This document shows, piece by piece, positions 36,841 through 51,311 of a stretch of 64,000 nucleotides of DNA. The stretch comes from Psilocybe cubensis (Eukaryota). How positions within the stretch are numbered: the stretch's first letter is position 1; every line of letters starts with the position of its first letter. The notes under the pieces are model-generated. The model made no database searches and had not been told where the DNA came from. It saw nothing but the letters and a program-made list of their open reading frames with translations. A program made the position numbers and the translations under genes. Location of the stretch: the NCBI GenBank assembly GCA_017499595.2, contig CM039008.1, forward strand, positions 992,001 through 1,056,000. Reading direction: 5' to 3'.

Positions 36841-39699
36841 TAGTATTTTTCAATCCTTTTTGACTATAAAGTGCTGATTCAGTTAGCAAACACCTTGCTA
36901 TTAAAAAACAAAATAATAAAACTCAATTTGGTGCTTAGCCATAGGCAAGTTCTTGACTTACAGACCCAATCTCACTTAACCATAACTAGAAATCAATCTG
37001 CTGAGTCAATCCATTGCTATTAAACATAAATTTAGACTGGTATTTACATTAATTAACTTTTTCCCAAAGATTTTATGCTTTGTAGTCTATCTGGAGGAAA
37101 TGTGCTCAAAACCAAATAGACTTGAATTGACTTGGACTTGTATTACAAAAAATATATTTGTTAAGAAGGGTTTGCCAAATACAGTTATCAATCAGGTCAT
37201 GTAACAGACTACCATATATTACACTTGGTTGAAGATTAGACTCTAAATCAAGATTAGAGAAGTGTATTACTGCAATTTTTTTATATATAGTATAGCTATA
37301 ATAGTTACATAAATATATATCCATGAAATTTATCAGAGATTACCAAAAAATTTTAAAACAGAAGTGCGGCTGGAGTGCACATGGATTTTATATATAGAGC
37401 ACATATTTTTTCAATTACACATTATTATACAATAATGTGATATTAACTTTACTGCTATATATGTATTTAATATACTTAAAATATGTGTTTAATATATAAC
37501 AATGGGTTAGCAGTCTAGTAAACAGTACATGTTGTATTTGCCTCGTATTGGCTGCATAGTAGTTGTAGACAGATATAAAAATAAAATAGAGAAAAATCAT
37601 GTAAAATCATCAAATCTACTCATCTACTCATTTACTTTTGACTCATTTATACCACTAATCTGCATTCAACTATTGGCTGGCTATACTAAGCACAAACTTA
37701 ATACAATAGACTTTTAATTGTTATGTTGGCCCAGAAGTTGTTCAGTCATGGAACCGGCAATATTACTATTAGGTAATCTGTCATTTCAGGAGCTAAGTAT
37801 TACATGTTATGATAAAATGTTTTGATTGGGGTGATGGTGCAATTCCCAAGCAATAGGTTGCAACATTTGTGTTTGTGACTGGAAGTGAAGCAAAGCTATT
37901 ATCACTCTTTCCAGAACAGCATAAGCTTTGAATAGATGTGATGGGTGGGTAGTATGCATAGTATTGTATACTTTTGCAATTGCAAAGAGGTTGTTTTACC
38001 TCTAATTCACAGATGCAAGTAAGAGCGCTTGTCAAAGTCATGTGTGTACACTTGTTCTTCAAGTCTCTCATATAAACAGTCTTGTTCAGAAATAAAAATT
38101 TTTCTTAATAGATGTAGGAGTGGACTCTCAAAGTCCCAATAATTAAAACTGTAACCCTTTTAGTTACAGATGCCTTTTTGGCAAATAATAATTGAAACTG
38201 TAATTCTTTTGGTCATAAGTGCCCTCTTGGCTTTAACAGAAATAGAATGGAAGCTCTTTCCTTGGAAAAGAACTTGCGGACCCATGCCGGTGGCCTCTTG
38301 CCCTAGTCATTTTCTGAGCACTAACTCAAAACATGTAGAAATGACTTGCAATACAAGCACTTTTAGGCACCAGATTACTTATATCCAAGTCCGGGTGAAC
38401 TATACTTGTATTTTCTTTTATTTAGATGATGAGCTCATTTGTGAAACAATTTATCACACTGTTTCAAATGCGGGGGTTCAGAATAGATCTATATTCTAGA
38501 TTCTCAGGTATGAAATTGCTTGTCCTTAGACTACAATACATAGTTTAATTTATACTATACTAATTACTAAGAGGAGAATTTTAAAGAACATAATTAAATG
38601 GAACTTTTAATAATACTGCTACTATGCCTCTCCAAACCAGTTCATGGAGGCAGTGTTCCTGTATTTCTACTAGGCTTACTAGCAAGCACACTTACTCTTA
38701 AAATCTATTGATTATGTTATTTGCCGGTATTTCACACTCAACTTCCAACTCATTATGACTAGTCGCGCTCAGAATTTTTTTTTTCATTTTTCCAAGACCC
38801 AGTATACTGATAGTATAGTACCAGTAAGCAACCTGCCGGCTGTTATACATATTACTACCATGTGGTAGTGTATATTTCAATTTTAGTACTTGACTTATGC
38901 CTTGAGGTGGAGGGCTTAATAAGCATCATTTTAATTTAGATATTTGTTCTGTGTTGTTGCAGAATATTGCAGTTTGCAATAAAATAAGGTTTGAGACTAA
39001 TAGTAAGTATGGGTATGACGGAACACCTAATAGTATTCTCTTTTTATATACGGGAATCTACAATAATACTAGTGCAAGGGACTTCTAGATATTGAGCAGA
39101 GAATATTCTCGTTTAGGCAACTATTGCTATTTTTAGTAAGAAGTAAGCGCAACTAGTAAGCATACTTGCTCTCAATACTACTGCTTCCCCTGGTGTCTTT
39201 CAGCTGCCTTACACAAGTTCATCATAGATATTAGTTTATTATGTATAATGTACTTTGTTTCTAGTAATACATGACTACTTGCGTAGTGTTAGAATTTCTG
39301 TCGCTGTAGTATACTACTTGATAGATGGCTTTTTCTATCCTTTGTATACTAGCATGCATACTTATTTACATTAAAAATGCAAAAAATTCAGCATTTTTAT
39401 GCTTAGCGGTTTTATAGTCTCTTCAATGATTAGCATTTTCCAGTTCTCTTTGACTATAGAAACAAAGCAAGGCTGCCTTTACATAGATCAAATAATACAG
39501 TTATTACAATTTGCAATAGAACCTAAATAAATTTTTTGAGATTCAACAGATACACATATCTGCGTGACTAGAGTCCGTGATAAGTAGCCAAGTGTAGCCA
39601 ATATATGACACTTACTCATAGTGACATGACTGTTCAATTTTGAGGCTAACATGACAGTTAAAAGTCCGCTGTATGAACAAACTTACTCCGACTATTACA

Positions 39700-42310
39700 A
39701 CATGATGCATTGATGGCTCATGCTATTGAAGCTTACAAGAATGAGCAGAAAAAGGCAAAGAAGATATGTATTAGATTATGCAAGATATGTACTACCTTTA
39801 AGAATTGTCAAAAAAGGTAGTGAACATATCAAACTTTATTACAGTTGACTTTTTTTTATAGTGCATAATATCATAATGTATTTTTGTTATAATGCATGAC
39901 TTTTGGGCTTATATCACATAGAAAAATAGGAAAATAGCACCCATATTGCATAATGCATAATGCATAGGCTTGAAATAAAAATATACATTATGAAAATAGG
40001 TATAAACTGAGATTTTTTATATGTTTTGGTGGTTAAGGCCAAGATAAGGCACATTATAAAGCTTATTGGGTGCATCAACATGCTATCTAACTAATTTTAA
40101 GCCTCTTGAAGAACAACTTGATCTGTTTTCTTGTATTATGCCTTACTATTTCTTCTTTTATGCTAAAAAATACAAAAAAAAAAGCAAGCCACGTAAAAAG
40201 CCAGCTTCATGCAACCAACAAAAGCACAAAATTCTACCAAAAATGGACCAAAGACTTCATCTAGCTCAGCTGCAGCAAAATCACAGTCAAATCTAATAGT
40301 TGCTATCTGGCTATTTGTTTTTAATTTTGCCAAAAAGCACCCATTACTGTTCCAAGGCAAGATAGTTACTAATTTTAAAAATAGAAAAGAGGGTGCACTA
40401 CTTTTTGATCAATCTACATGTTCAAAGAAGCTGGCAAATAGTGATGAAATCAAAATATGAGCAAACTTCCATCCCAATGTGACATGTCTTAATACTGAAC
40501 ATGCACTGTTTTTAAGAATTAATAAGCATATAGAAGCAAGAAACAAAATAGTTTCTAGGCCTATGCTTTGAGAAAAGTAAAAGATATTTGAGAATCTGTT
40601 TAATGTTTTTTAGAAAGAGTGGCTTTTGGGAAATGAGTGGCTAGCATAATTTTGCAAAGCATACAAGATAAAAAAATTTTGACAACATGGAAAAGCCGGA
40701 TCTGTTGACACAGAAGACATAAACAAAGAGCAAAAGCATGTCCAAGGATTGACAAAAAAGTACACATTACGGGATTGGTTTAATGGAGATGAATTGGCTC
40801 TATTCCCAAAATAAGTTGTCTAATATTAGAGTAGAAATTTTCTTACTTTTTAATTTAATTATTATTTAAGTACTTTATCTGACTGGGGTCTGGCAACAAA
40901 AAAAATTAGTAGAAAGAAGAAAGACAAATCTTGCATTACTCTTATATTTGCTTGCAATGCTAATGGAAGTGAAAAGTGGCTATTACTTTTTATTGGAAGA
41001 TTAAAAAAACTGGTTGACTTTGGAAGACAATTGCCAAACTATACCAAAATGACCTTACTTATTGCTAAAAACAATCTTATAGCTTATCTGGGGGATTGCT
41101 ATAATGATTCAAACTGGCACCCAGCCTTTGAAGCTGTCATAAATGCTGAGAATAATATTTTAAAAGCACAAGAAGCCTACCAAAAATATTCAAAGATGTG
41201 CAAAAAGCCCAAACTATTCATTTGGATTCCAGCTGATACTCTACAAGGTAACAATATTGAAATAGACCTTATTAGGTCTGTGGAAGCTTCAAAAGAGCAA
41301 AATTGCATCTTTAGGAAACTGCTATTGATTGAAAATCTTATTAATCCTGCAGATGAAAATCAAAATTCAGATGACTCATTTTTTGCATTCCTAGGAGGAG
41401 AATGCAAGATTATAAAACAAGTTGTGCATGAGGAGCAAGTTAAACAATACCAAATTGTTGAGATTGATTTGGACCCTTTGGACAATAAGATTGATCCTAA
41501 TGCAGGAGTTACCAAGTGGGAGGTCATTGAGCTAGTACAAAAGCTTGAACATTTAACACTTTGTTTTGGGACAAATTCAGCATTTACATTGCAGCTAACC
41601 AAAAATTTGTGCAACTTTTATGCTGATTTGAGGTGGTATGAGCTTTAAAATGCAAAACAGAGTCTGTAGATAGTTATTTTGCTCAAACAAATGTGTCCTA
41701 GGCTTTTTATTGAATAATTAAAATTTGTGTCACACATTTGGCTGTGGTTATATTTACTCACAACACACAACTATTTTTGTATTGTGTAATTCTTATAATG
41801 CATAGCTTTTGGCTGTTACAAGTGGTATATATTATGAAAAAGTTAACTGTATATGACTTTGAAATGCATGGTCAATAGAAATGTGGCCCAAAAAAATGTG
41901 AATCATGCTAGAGCATAGCTGACTCCTTGTGTAAGGAGAGAATCATGGCTGATTTTCTATCCAAAATAGGTATGCATGGCTTTTCATACAGTCACAAATG
42001 CACTAAGAGGGCTATTGATATGATTGCTTTTGCTACATAGGAAGACTATTTTTCTATTACTGGTATTGATATTAACTGGATATATTGTTTTTTTTACTGA
42101 CATACTGACAAAATCTAAGTATTCCAAGCATATGTACTGGAAAATAAATGTAGCTGTGCTGCCAATCATACCAACAACAAAATGTCATTTGATATTGTCA
42201 AAACTGCTATTACAAATCATTCTATTACTTTTGAACAAATGTTTGAGTCTGATAAAGTAGAAATCCATCCAAACCCAAGGACAGGGCAAGTAGAAGTTTA
42301 TTTTTGGTGC
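39700..42310 (+). pseudogene. Fot1/pogo-like transposase relic, split by a second pogo element and truncated by copia DNA
   Basis: AHAIEAYKNEQKK..IKLY|YMTLKCMV..NHARA*LTP reads across the TA insertion site, then GFSYSH, INWIYCF, LENKCSCAANHTNNKMSFD and QMFESDK. Confidence 0.65.
39842..41849 (+). mobile_element. pogo/Tigger (CENP-B-like) DNA transposon, internally deleted, TA TSD
   Basis: TA|CAGTTGACTTTTT...AAAAAGTTAACTG|TA. Decayed transposase reads QHGKAGSVD, FNGDELALF and ITLIFACNANGSEK..LFIGR. Confidence 0.85.
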
Positions 42311-42312
42311 AT

Positions 42313-42849
42313 CACATCTCCGTCTGAATAGATATAGACAGAGCAATCAGATTCTATATATCTGAACCCTATATCTGACAGTGCCTCATACAACTTGAGG
42401 TTCCATTGACATGTAGACTCCTTAAGACCATGGAGTGACTTTTTAAGCTTTAAACCACACCTTGGTAAAATCCTTCAGGTTCTAGCATGGAAATCTCCAT
42501 CTACATGCTACAATCTGAAGAATTTCACCAAGGTGGTCCTAACATGGTTTTGAAGCTCAAAAAGTCGCTCAATGTTCTTAAGCAGTCTGCACGTCAATGG
42601 AACCTCAAGTTGCATGAGGCATTGTCAGATATGGCATTCAAGTGTATAGAATCAGATCGCTCTGTCTACATCTATTTAGACGGAGATATGAAAATTATTG
42701 TTCCCATTTACATTAATGACATTACCTTTGCCTCCAAATCGAACGCTGCCATAGACAGAGCTGTTAAGCAGCTAGCTGTGCGTTTTGAACTTTGTGATCT
42801 GGGTCCTACATAGTATTTACTTGGTGTTGCCATTAAGCGAGATATGGCA
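42313..42849. mobile_element. Two decayed copia RT fragments joined back-to-back (fold-back)
   Basis: 42313-42497 is minus-strand RT and 42499-42849 is plus-strand RT (IYMLQSEEFHQGG..YIND). Both start at the EIYM codons. Confidence 0.85.
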
Positions 42850-45152
42850 ATCATGCCAGATAGAAAGGACAAACCTATTTTCATGACTTTTAGGTCTTAG
42901 TGGGTTTTTTAAGGAATTGAGCCTTTTTTTTGCAAAATCTATCACTAATCAACACATACACATAACTAATCTCCCAGTTCCTACTGTTTTTTTGCAAATA
43001 TTCTCTTTTCTACAACAGTGTGTGCCTACGAAAATCCTCCATTTTTAACACAAACCTGCCATGCCATAAGGAGTCAACTGGATGTTGATAGCAAAGTGGG
43101 GGAGGGGGGCGGGGCTGAAATTAACATAAATTTAAGATGTATACAATATAATATTGTGACTTGTATAAAAGAGTTATTATATATTCCCTAGTGGAACGTC
43201 TATGATTTATAATTACAGCAATTCTAATAATACAAGGCATTGATATTCAGTTTTATATTCCCTGCATGTGAATCCCCATTGCTCAGGTCATGGGCATTGC
43301 CTTTTCTGGCTATCTTCTATATTGTATGGCTCCCAGCTTTATGTGTGCATGTGTAGGTGTATACTGAATCATGTGCCCAGTATTACAGCCATTTTAATAT
43401 ACAGGATGATACATACTTCTTGCCCATGCAGGTCTTTTTGGGAGACTTATTCTCACATGCTTAAGTGTGATAGGTTATATCCACCCCCTACTCAACCATT
43501 GTGTATTTAATTGATTTCTTGCTGGCAAACCCCAGGGCATTTGCCTTCCGCTCTGCCCAAGGAGGATGGGGTAACTATGTTCTTATAGGAGTGGATGGTT
43601 TGGAATGGGCCAATCACGCACTGGTCTTGTGGCGTGTTTGTGTTGGAATTGCGGTTTGCCCTAACTGCTTGCCCTAACTGTGCCAGCTTTAGCTTGCCTC
43701 CATATAGGACCTAGCCCATGTTATTAATAGCGTAAATTATGCAATGAACCAGGAAGACCTGGTACCACTGCCCTATCCATTCCTTATGGACAATCTTATA
43801 GAACGTAGGGTGCGGAACAGTGCCTACTGCCATGGGTATTTGGACCGGATTAGAATTAGTCATACTATATGTATCAAGCATATCAAGAATATACTGATGC
43901 TGATACAATGAGATGGTACCAGTTCACAGCCATATCTCGCTCAATGGCAACACCAAGTAAATACTGTGTGGAACCCAGATCATGGAGTTCAAAATACGCA
44001 GATAGCTGCTTAACAGCTCTATTCATGGCGGCATCCGATTTGGAGGCAAAGGTAATGTCATCAATGTAAATGGGAACAATAATCTTCATATCTCTGTCTG
44101 AATAGATGTAGACAGAGCGATCTGATTCTATACACTTGAAAATCATATCTGACAGTACCTCATACAACTTGAGGTTCCATTGACATGCAGACTGCTTAAG
44201 ACCTTTGAGCAACTTTTTGAGCTTCAAAACCATGTTAGGACCACCTTGATGAAATCCTTCAGGTTGTAACATGTAAATCTCCTCGTCTAGGTCACCTTTA
44301 GTGAAAGCAGCTGTAATATCAACAGAGCGCAACTTCAAGTCTCCAATGGTGGCCAGAGCCACAATCAAGTAGAAAGTAGCAGCGTGGAAAGTAGGAGCAA
44401 AGACCTCATGATAATCAATGCTCGGGGCATTTTGCTTGATTTTAAATACCCAACCATAGCCAATCGCCTTTTGACCCAGAGGGAGCTCAACTTGCTCCCA
44501 AGTTTGGTTGTGCTGCAACAGATTGAATTCTGTATTAGCAGCCTCTTCCCACATGTGCGCATCAGGCGCTTTCATTGCCTGTTTGAATGTTTGCGGATCT
44601 GCACTTGAAACAAGTCCAGCAAACTCCACCTCTTCAAATCTAGGATAATGGCTTTAGGCAGTTCAGGATCATGTGAGACCTTCCACCATTCACCAGGCTG
44701 CTACCCTAGGAAAGCACCTTTTGTCAAAATCAGCTCTCTCAGAGATAATGAACCTTTTGGTAACTGGGTTGTAAAACTCCCAGCCCTTGTATCCAGTAGG
44801 ATACCCAACAAAGATACAATTCTCCATATGAGGCTGCAACAATTTGCGCTTATCTCCCTGAACATAAACATATGCAAAACAAACCCAAACCTCAAATGAC
44901 TAACATTGGGTTTACGCTTGTTCCAGCTCTCGTATAGAGTTTTGTCCGGTAGATGATCTGTAGAAACGCAATTCTATACATGCATGTTTGCTGCAACACA
45001 GCAACCCCAAAACAAAGCTGGTACACAAGCCTTATTGAGCATGGAAGTAACATGTTCTTCCATGGTGCAATTTGCATGCTCTGCAACTCCATTCTGTTGT
45101 GTCCAGGACAATTTGTCATAGTATAACAAGCTACACTGGTCTGTCAATTTGA

Positions 45153-45237
45153 TGTTAAAACTGCTTTCTGTGTTTCCCTTACTTTGCTATTTTATTAGAT
45201 TAGATTACTTTCTTCTTATCTTTATTTGCTCTCTAGA
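45153..45237 (+). repeat. Partial copia LTR (5' end)
   Basis: TGTTAAAACTGCTTTCTG.. matches the first ~85 bp of the LTR. Confidence 0.8.
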
Positions 45238-45511
45238 ATCAATTAATCAAATTAACACCTTCAAAGGAGCACAACATAATTAGTCTTATGTTTTATAGGT
45301 TTTAAAGAAGAGATTCCTTCAGCTTTTTGAGAAGCTTGGTAAGATTGTTGAGACTAGTGTAATTAATGAGTGAATCTGTGCTAGTAGTAGGGATAAAGTT
45401 GTAGGAAGAGAACATACAGGCTTTAAAAGTGCAATTTGCTAGACTTGTTTATATATCTCATGGAATACAATGCTACCCAAGGATTCTCTATTACACCAAT
45501 ATAGATTAACC

Positions 45512-45890
45512 TATTAAAACTGCTCTCTATATCTCCCTCACTTTGCTATCTTATCAGATTAGATTATTTTCTTTTTTATCTTCATTTGCTCTCCAGACTA
45601 TTTTAGATTCATAATATTTATCAGTCTATAGACTGGTCTGGACTGAACCAGAGTAGACCTAGGTAGACCAGAGTACTTGAGTCTACACAGTATATAGTCA
45701 CTCTAATTTACATCCTGAAGTCTCCAGTTACTCACTTTGGACTTCAGATTAGTTTGTTAGCACTTTGCTCAATTCATCTAGTTACTCCCTTTGGACTTCA
45801 GACGCTTCATGCTCGCTTATCTCCGCGCCCTACATTTTATAACTAGGTTGCCGAGTAGCTCACACTGCCCTGAGTTTGCCTGCTTTAACA
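45512..45890 (+). repeat. Diverged complete copia LTR (solo-like)
   Basis: Full-length match to 57303-57680, with no adjacent PBS or PPT. Confidence 0.9.
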
Positions 45891-48800
45891 CTGACATCTG
45901 CAGAGAGGAAACAAGCTCCCTGACAATGAAACTCCATCAGATTAGCATCAATAGTGATTTTGAAGTATAGAACAGACAGTAGATTGTTTTGGAGATTTAA
46001 AACTCTCATTAAATCAATGCCTCTTGACTTTATTTTATTTACAACTTCTTTACTTTATTTTATTTACAACTTCTTCAAGAAACACAGTATCCATTCTTGC
46101 AGAATAAATAACTAATTCATTTGCTAATTAGATTGGAATGCAAAAAGGGTGTAATTTCTAACCCAATTGCCATGAGGCATTATATGAGAAGTTGCCCCCT
46201 ATATCTTCAATCCAATCATCATTAGTTTGGGATAAAAAGAAACATTGGTATTAAGAGCACTTGCATTTCCAGAAAATTTCATATCCTTGGACTCTTTTTC
46301 CTCACTGGATGCCTCTGAGGCCTTGTGCGCTCTATTGCCTTTGCAAGCCGCTTTGACACGCTCCCTTGCATCCTTTTGCACAGCAATAAACTGTGACACT
46401 TGTCCATTGCATGGTTGGTCATATCACAAAATATGCATTTGGGCTTGGATGTAGAAGGGGCTGGAGCGGTCTGGAAACGCGGTGGCAAGTGCAGGCAACT
46501 CCGAAGCGCGGCGACGTCGCTGTATGTCCTCTGTGACAAAGGCTTGATGAATTGTAGCCTTGTCCAACTTGTCCAAAAGGAGAAGTGAGGATGCAAATGA
46601 ACTGTACTCTTCTGGGAGTGCCCTGACCAGAGCAAGCGAAGCAAGCCTCTTCATCAAGCTTAGCCAGATCAAACCCCTTAGGGCGAAGCTGCTGAATTAG
46701 CAACATGGCTTGCCTCAACTCTATTGATCAGGGTTTGAAGGTTTGTCACCTTCCTCCTTTTGGATTGAGAACAGATCATCATATGCATTAGAGCGAAGCT
46801 TCCTTCTGAGAGCATTGGCTGTGCTCTAGCACCACTGATAATGCACTATATCCCTTTAGACTGGAGATAGGCGGTCTGTTAAAACTGCTCTCTTATGTCT
46901 CCCTCACTTTGCTATCTTATCAGATTAGATTATTTTCTTCTTATCTTCATTTGCTCTCCAGACCATTCTAGACACATGATATTTATCAGTCCATAGACTG
47001 GTCTGGGACCGGACCAGAGTAGACCTAGGTAGACCAGAGTACTTGAGTCTACATAGTATATAGTCACTCTGGTTTACATCCTGAAGTCCCCAGTTACTCA
47101 CTTCGGACTTCAGGTTAGTTTGTTAGCACTTTGCTCAATTCACTCAGTTTACTCACTTCGGACTTCAGACGCTTTGTGCTCGCTTATCCCTGCGCCCTAC
47201 GTTCTATAACTAGGGTCGCCGAGTAGCTCACACTGTCCCGAGCTTGCCTGCTTCAACAGGTTATGGGCCCCGCGCTCTAAGCGCTCCAGTTCCGTGTTTT
47301 GCGAACCAAGTTGCTTTCTGCATAGTTTTCACAAAACGGTCCATTTTAGTCTTTTTTTGCTTTTTATCCTCTACCAGGCCCGGCCATACATTGCCGCTGC
47401 TAGTAGGGTTGAACGAGCACGCCTTACGCGACTTGTTAACCTCGGTTGAGCGGGCCCCCGTCGCCTAATCCCCGAGTTATTTCTAGTTAAAAGTAAACCC
47501 TTTTAAATTAGGCTAGTTTAACTTCGTCTTTTCCACTTGCGTTCGCATCGCACCCCGAGCTCCGGGTAACGCCTAGTTCGTTTCCAGACATCATTATACA
47601 TCCCTACACATTACTACCAATACTCGTATCCATCCGCTTACGCGTTCCTTCGCAATTCGCAATAATGACTTCTGATCCCCAAATCACTCCATTGAACTCA
47701 ACCAACTACAACACCTGGGGCAGGCCAGATGACCGCCTATCTCCAGTCTAAAGGGATATGGCGCATTGTCAGCGGTGCTAGAGCACAGCCAACGCTCTCA
47801 GACAAGCCCACTGCTCAGGAGAAAGCTTTGCTTGAAACCTATTTTGAGCAGAGAGACAAAGCATGTGGTTTGATCTATCTCAGTTTGGAGAATGATCAGA
47901 GGATTCATGTGGAAGCCATCAAGAATGATCCTATCAAGATGTGGGATGCCCTCAGCCGCTGTACATCAGCAAAAGCGCCCTGGCAACCGCTTTAATGCAT
48001 ATGATGATCTGTTCTCAATCCGAAAGGAGGAAGGTGAAAACCTTCAAACCCTGATCAATAGAGTTGAGCAAGCCATGTTGCTAATTCAGCAGCTTCGCCC
48101 CTAAGGGGTTTTGATCTGGCTAAGCTTGATGAAGAGCTTGCTTTGCTTGCTCTGGTCAGGGCACTCCCAGAAGAGTACAGTTCATTTGCATTCTCACTTC
48201 TCCTTTTGGACAAGTTTGGACAAGGCTACAATTCATCAAGCCTTTGTCACAGAGGACATACAGCGACGTCGCCCGCGCTTCGGAGTTGCCTGCACTTGCC
48301 ACCGCGTTCCAGGACCGCTCCAGCCCCTTCTGTATCCAAGCCCAAGTGCGCATTTTGTGATATGGCCAACCATGCAATGGACAAGTGTCACAAGTTTATT
48401 GCTGCGCAAAAGGATGCGAAGGAGCGTGTCAAAGCGGCTCGCAAAGGCAATAGAGCGCACAAGGCCTCAGAGGCATCCAGTGAGGAAAAAGAGTCCAAGG
48501 ACATGGAATTTGCTGGGAAATGCAAGTGCTCTTAATACCGATGTTCCCTCTTCCATTTCACCCCAAACTAATGACGATTGGATTGCAGACACAGGGGCGA
48601 CTTCTCATATGACACCCCCATCGCAATTGGGTTTAGAAATTACACCCCCCTTCGCATTCCAATCCGATTAGCAGATGAACGAGTTATTTATTCTGCAGGG
48701 GTGGGCACTGTGTTCTTTGAACCAGTTGTAAATGGAATAAAGTCAAGAGGCGTCGAGTTAACTAGAGTTTTACATGTACCAGATCTCCGAAACAATCTAC

Positions 48801-51311
48801 TGTCTGTTTCTATACCTCACAAAGCACAAAGGCTTCAAAATCACCATTGATGCTAATCTGATGGAGTTTCATCGCAAAGGAGCTTGTCTCTTCTCTGCAG
48901 ATGTTAGTACATCAAACTGCGCTTTATTGAAACGGTTATACAGTTCCTATTTCGGAGTCTGCCTTCATTTCCTCCAATTCCACTCTACCCCTTGATATCA
49001 GTCTCTGGCATCGTCGGTTTGCTCATCATAGCTACACTGACATCCAGAAGATGATTAGAGAGGGTATGATCACCAGACTTAAGCTGAATTCACAGCAACA
49101 GCCTGACCCCATTTGTGAACCTTGCCTTGCAGGCAAGATGCATTCCAACCCATTTTCTTCTTCACCAAGCATGTCAGATGTTCCGCTTGCGCTTATCTTC
49201 TCAGATCTGAAAGGTCCTATCTCGCCCCCTACTCCTGAAGGCTATCGCTACTGGATAACCTTTATTGATGACCATACAAAGAGTAGAGCTGCTGTGCCTC
49301 TTAAGCGCAAAAGCGATGCATTCAGTGCGTTTCAAACGTACAAAGCATAGGCTGAGAACAAATTAGGCTTTAAGATCAAAGCGCTGCAGGATGACAAAGC
49401 TGGTGAATACATGTCAAATGCTTTCATCAAATTCACTGACCAGTGTGGCATTGAGCGTCGTCATACAACGCGAAATCGCCCACAACAGAACAGAGTTGCA
49501 GAGCGTGCAAATCGCACCATGGCAGAACATGTTACTTCCATGCTCAATGAGGCTTGTGTACCATCTTTGTTTTGGGGTTGCTGTGTTGCAGCATACATGC
49601 ATGTATGGAATCGTGTTCCTACAGCTCCTCTACCGGACAAGACTCCGTATAAAAGCTGGAACAAGCGCAAACCTGATGTTAGTCATTTGAGGGTTTGGGG
49701 ATGTCTTGCATATGTTTATGTTCAGGGAGATAAGCGCAAATCGTTGCAGCCTCATATGGAGAAGTGTATCTTTGTTGGGTATCCTACTGGGTACAAGGGC
49801 TGGGAGTTTTACAACCCACTCACCAAAAGGTTCATTATCTCTGAGAGAGCTGATTTCGACAAAAGGTGCTTCCCTGGGGTGTCCACTGGCCCTATGCCAA
49901 AGTTTGACCTTCTTCCCACTTCTTCTGCAAGTGCACCACCTCCCAATTCAGGGGGGGACTCTAATGGCTTCAATTTTGATGATGATGAGGATGACTCTAC
50001 TCCAAGTCCTGTCATTGAGCCAGAAGTGCCTATTGCGCCTCCTGAACAGCCAGCTAAACCGCCACAGCCTGAGGCCGTTCCTGCACCTCCTCCTAAGTCT
50101 GCACGCCGCCAGCATGCTCCAGTTGATCCTGCAACGTTGAGACGCACTACTCGCGTTCCTAAGCAGCCTGGTGAATGGTGGAAGGTTTCACATGATCCTG
50201 AACCACCTGAAGCCAATGATCCTGGATTTGAAGAGGTGGAGTTTGCTGGGCTTGTTTCAAGCGCAGATCCGCGCACATTCAAACAGGCAATGAAAGCGCC
50301 TGATGCGCACATGTGGGAAGAGGCTGCTAACACAGAATTCAATCTGTTGTAGCACAATCAAACTTGGGAGCGAGTTGAGCTCCCTCCGGGTCAAAAGGCA
50401 ATTGGCTGTGGTTGGGTCTTTAAAATCAAGCAAAATGCAGATGGCAGTATAGAGCGCTACAAGGCTCGTATTGTTGCCAAGGGCTACAGCCAGCGCCCTG
50501 GCATTGATTACCATGAGGTCTTTGCTCCTACTTTCCGCCCTGCTACTTTCCGCTTGATTGTGGCTCTGGCCGCCATTGGAGACTTGAAGTTGCGCTCTGT
50601 TGATATTACAGCTGCTTTCACTAAAGGTGACCTAGACGAGGAGATTTACATGCTACAACCTGAAGGATTTCACCAAGGTGGTCCTAACATGGTTTTGAAG
50701 CTCAAAAAGTCGCTCTATGGTCTTAAGCAGTCTGCACGTCAATGGAACCTCAAGTTGCATGAGGCATTGTCAGATATGGGGTTCAAGCGTATAGAATCAG
50801 ATCGCTCTGTCTACATCTATTCAGATGGAGATGTGAAGATTATTGTTCCTATTTACATTGATGACATTACCTTTGCCTCCAAATCGGACGCTGCCATAGA
50901 TAGAGCTGTTAAGCAGCTAGCTGCGCGTTTTGAACTCCGTGATCTGGGTCCTACACAGTATTTACTTGGTGTTGCCATTGAGCGAGATATGGCTGCTAAA
51001 ACCATTTCCTTGCATCAGCGTCAGTATATCCTCGATATGCTTGATACATATGGCATGACTGACTCTAATCCGGTCAAAACACCTATGGCTGTGGGCACTG
51101 TTCTCTCCAAGGCAGATGGACCTCAGAATGGAGATGAGATGGAATTTATGCGAAATGTTCCCTACCTCAATGCAGTTGGCTCCTTGCAGTATCTAGCCAC
51201 CATGACCCGTCCTGACATTGCTTTTACTGTGTCTTATCTGGCATGCTTCAACTCCAATCCTGGGCCTAAGCATTGGGCTGCGGTTAAACATTTATTCCGC
51301 TACCTCAGAGG

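Larger units (their letters stand above)
43820..46876 (-). mobile_element. Older, deleted copy of the copia family (RT, IN and gag fragments); its 5' part continues at 62658-63099
   Basis: ORF 43883..44629 contains YIDD. The gag sequence is cut at CGGTC (46872-46876) and resumes after 62662. A decayed PBS and LTR lie at 62771-63099. Confidence 0.85.

Noticed and set aside
43150-43819. Solo LTR of another family
   Set aside because: It ends in ..GGAACA, but GAACA is also the expected copia sequence there. No TSD or partner was found.
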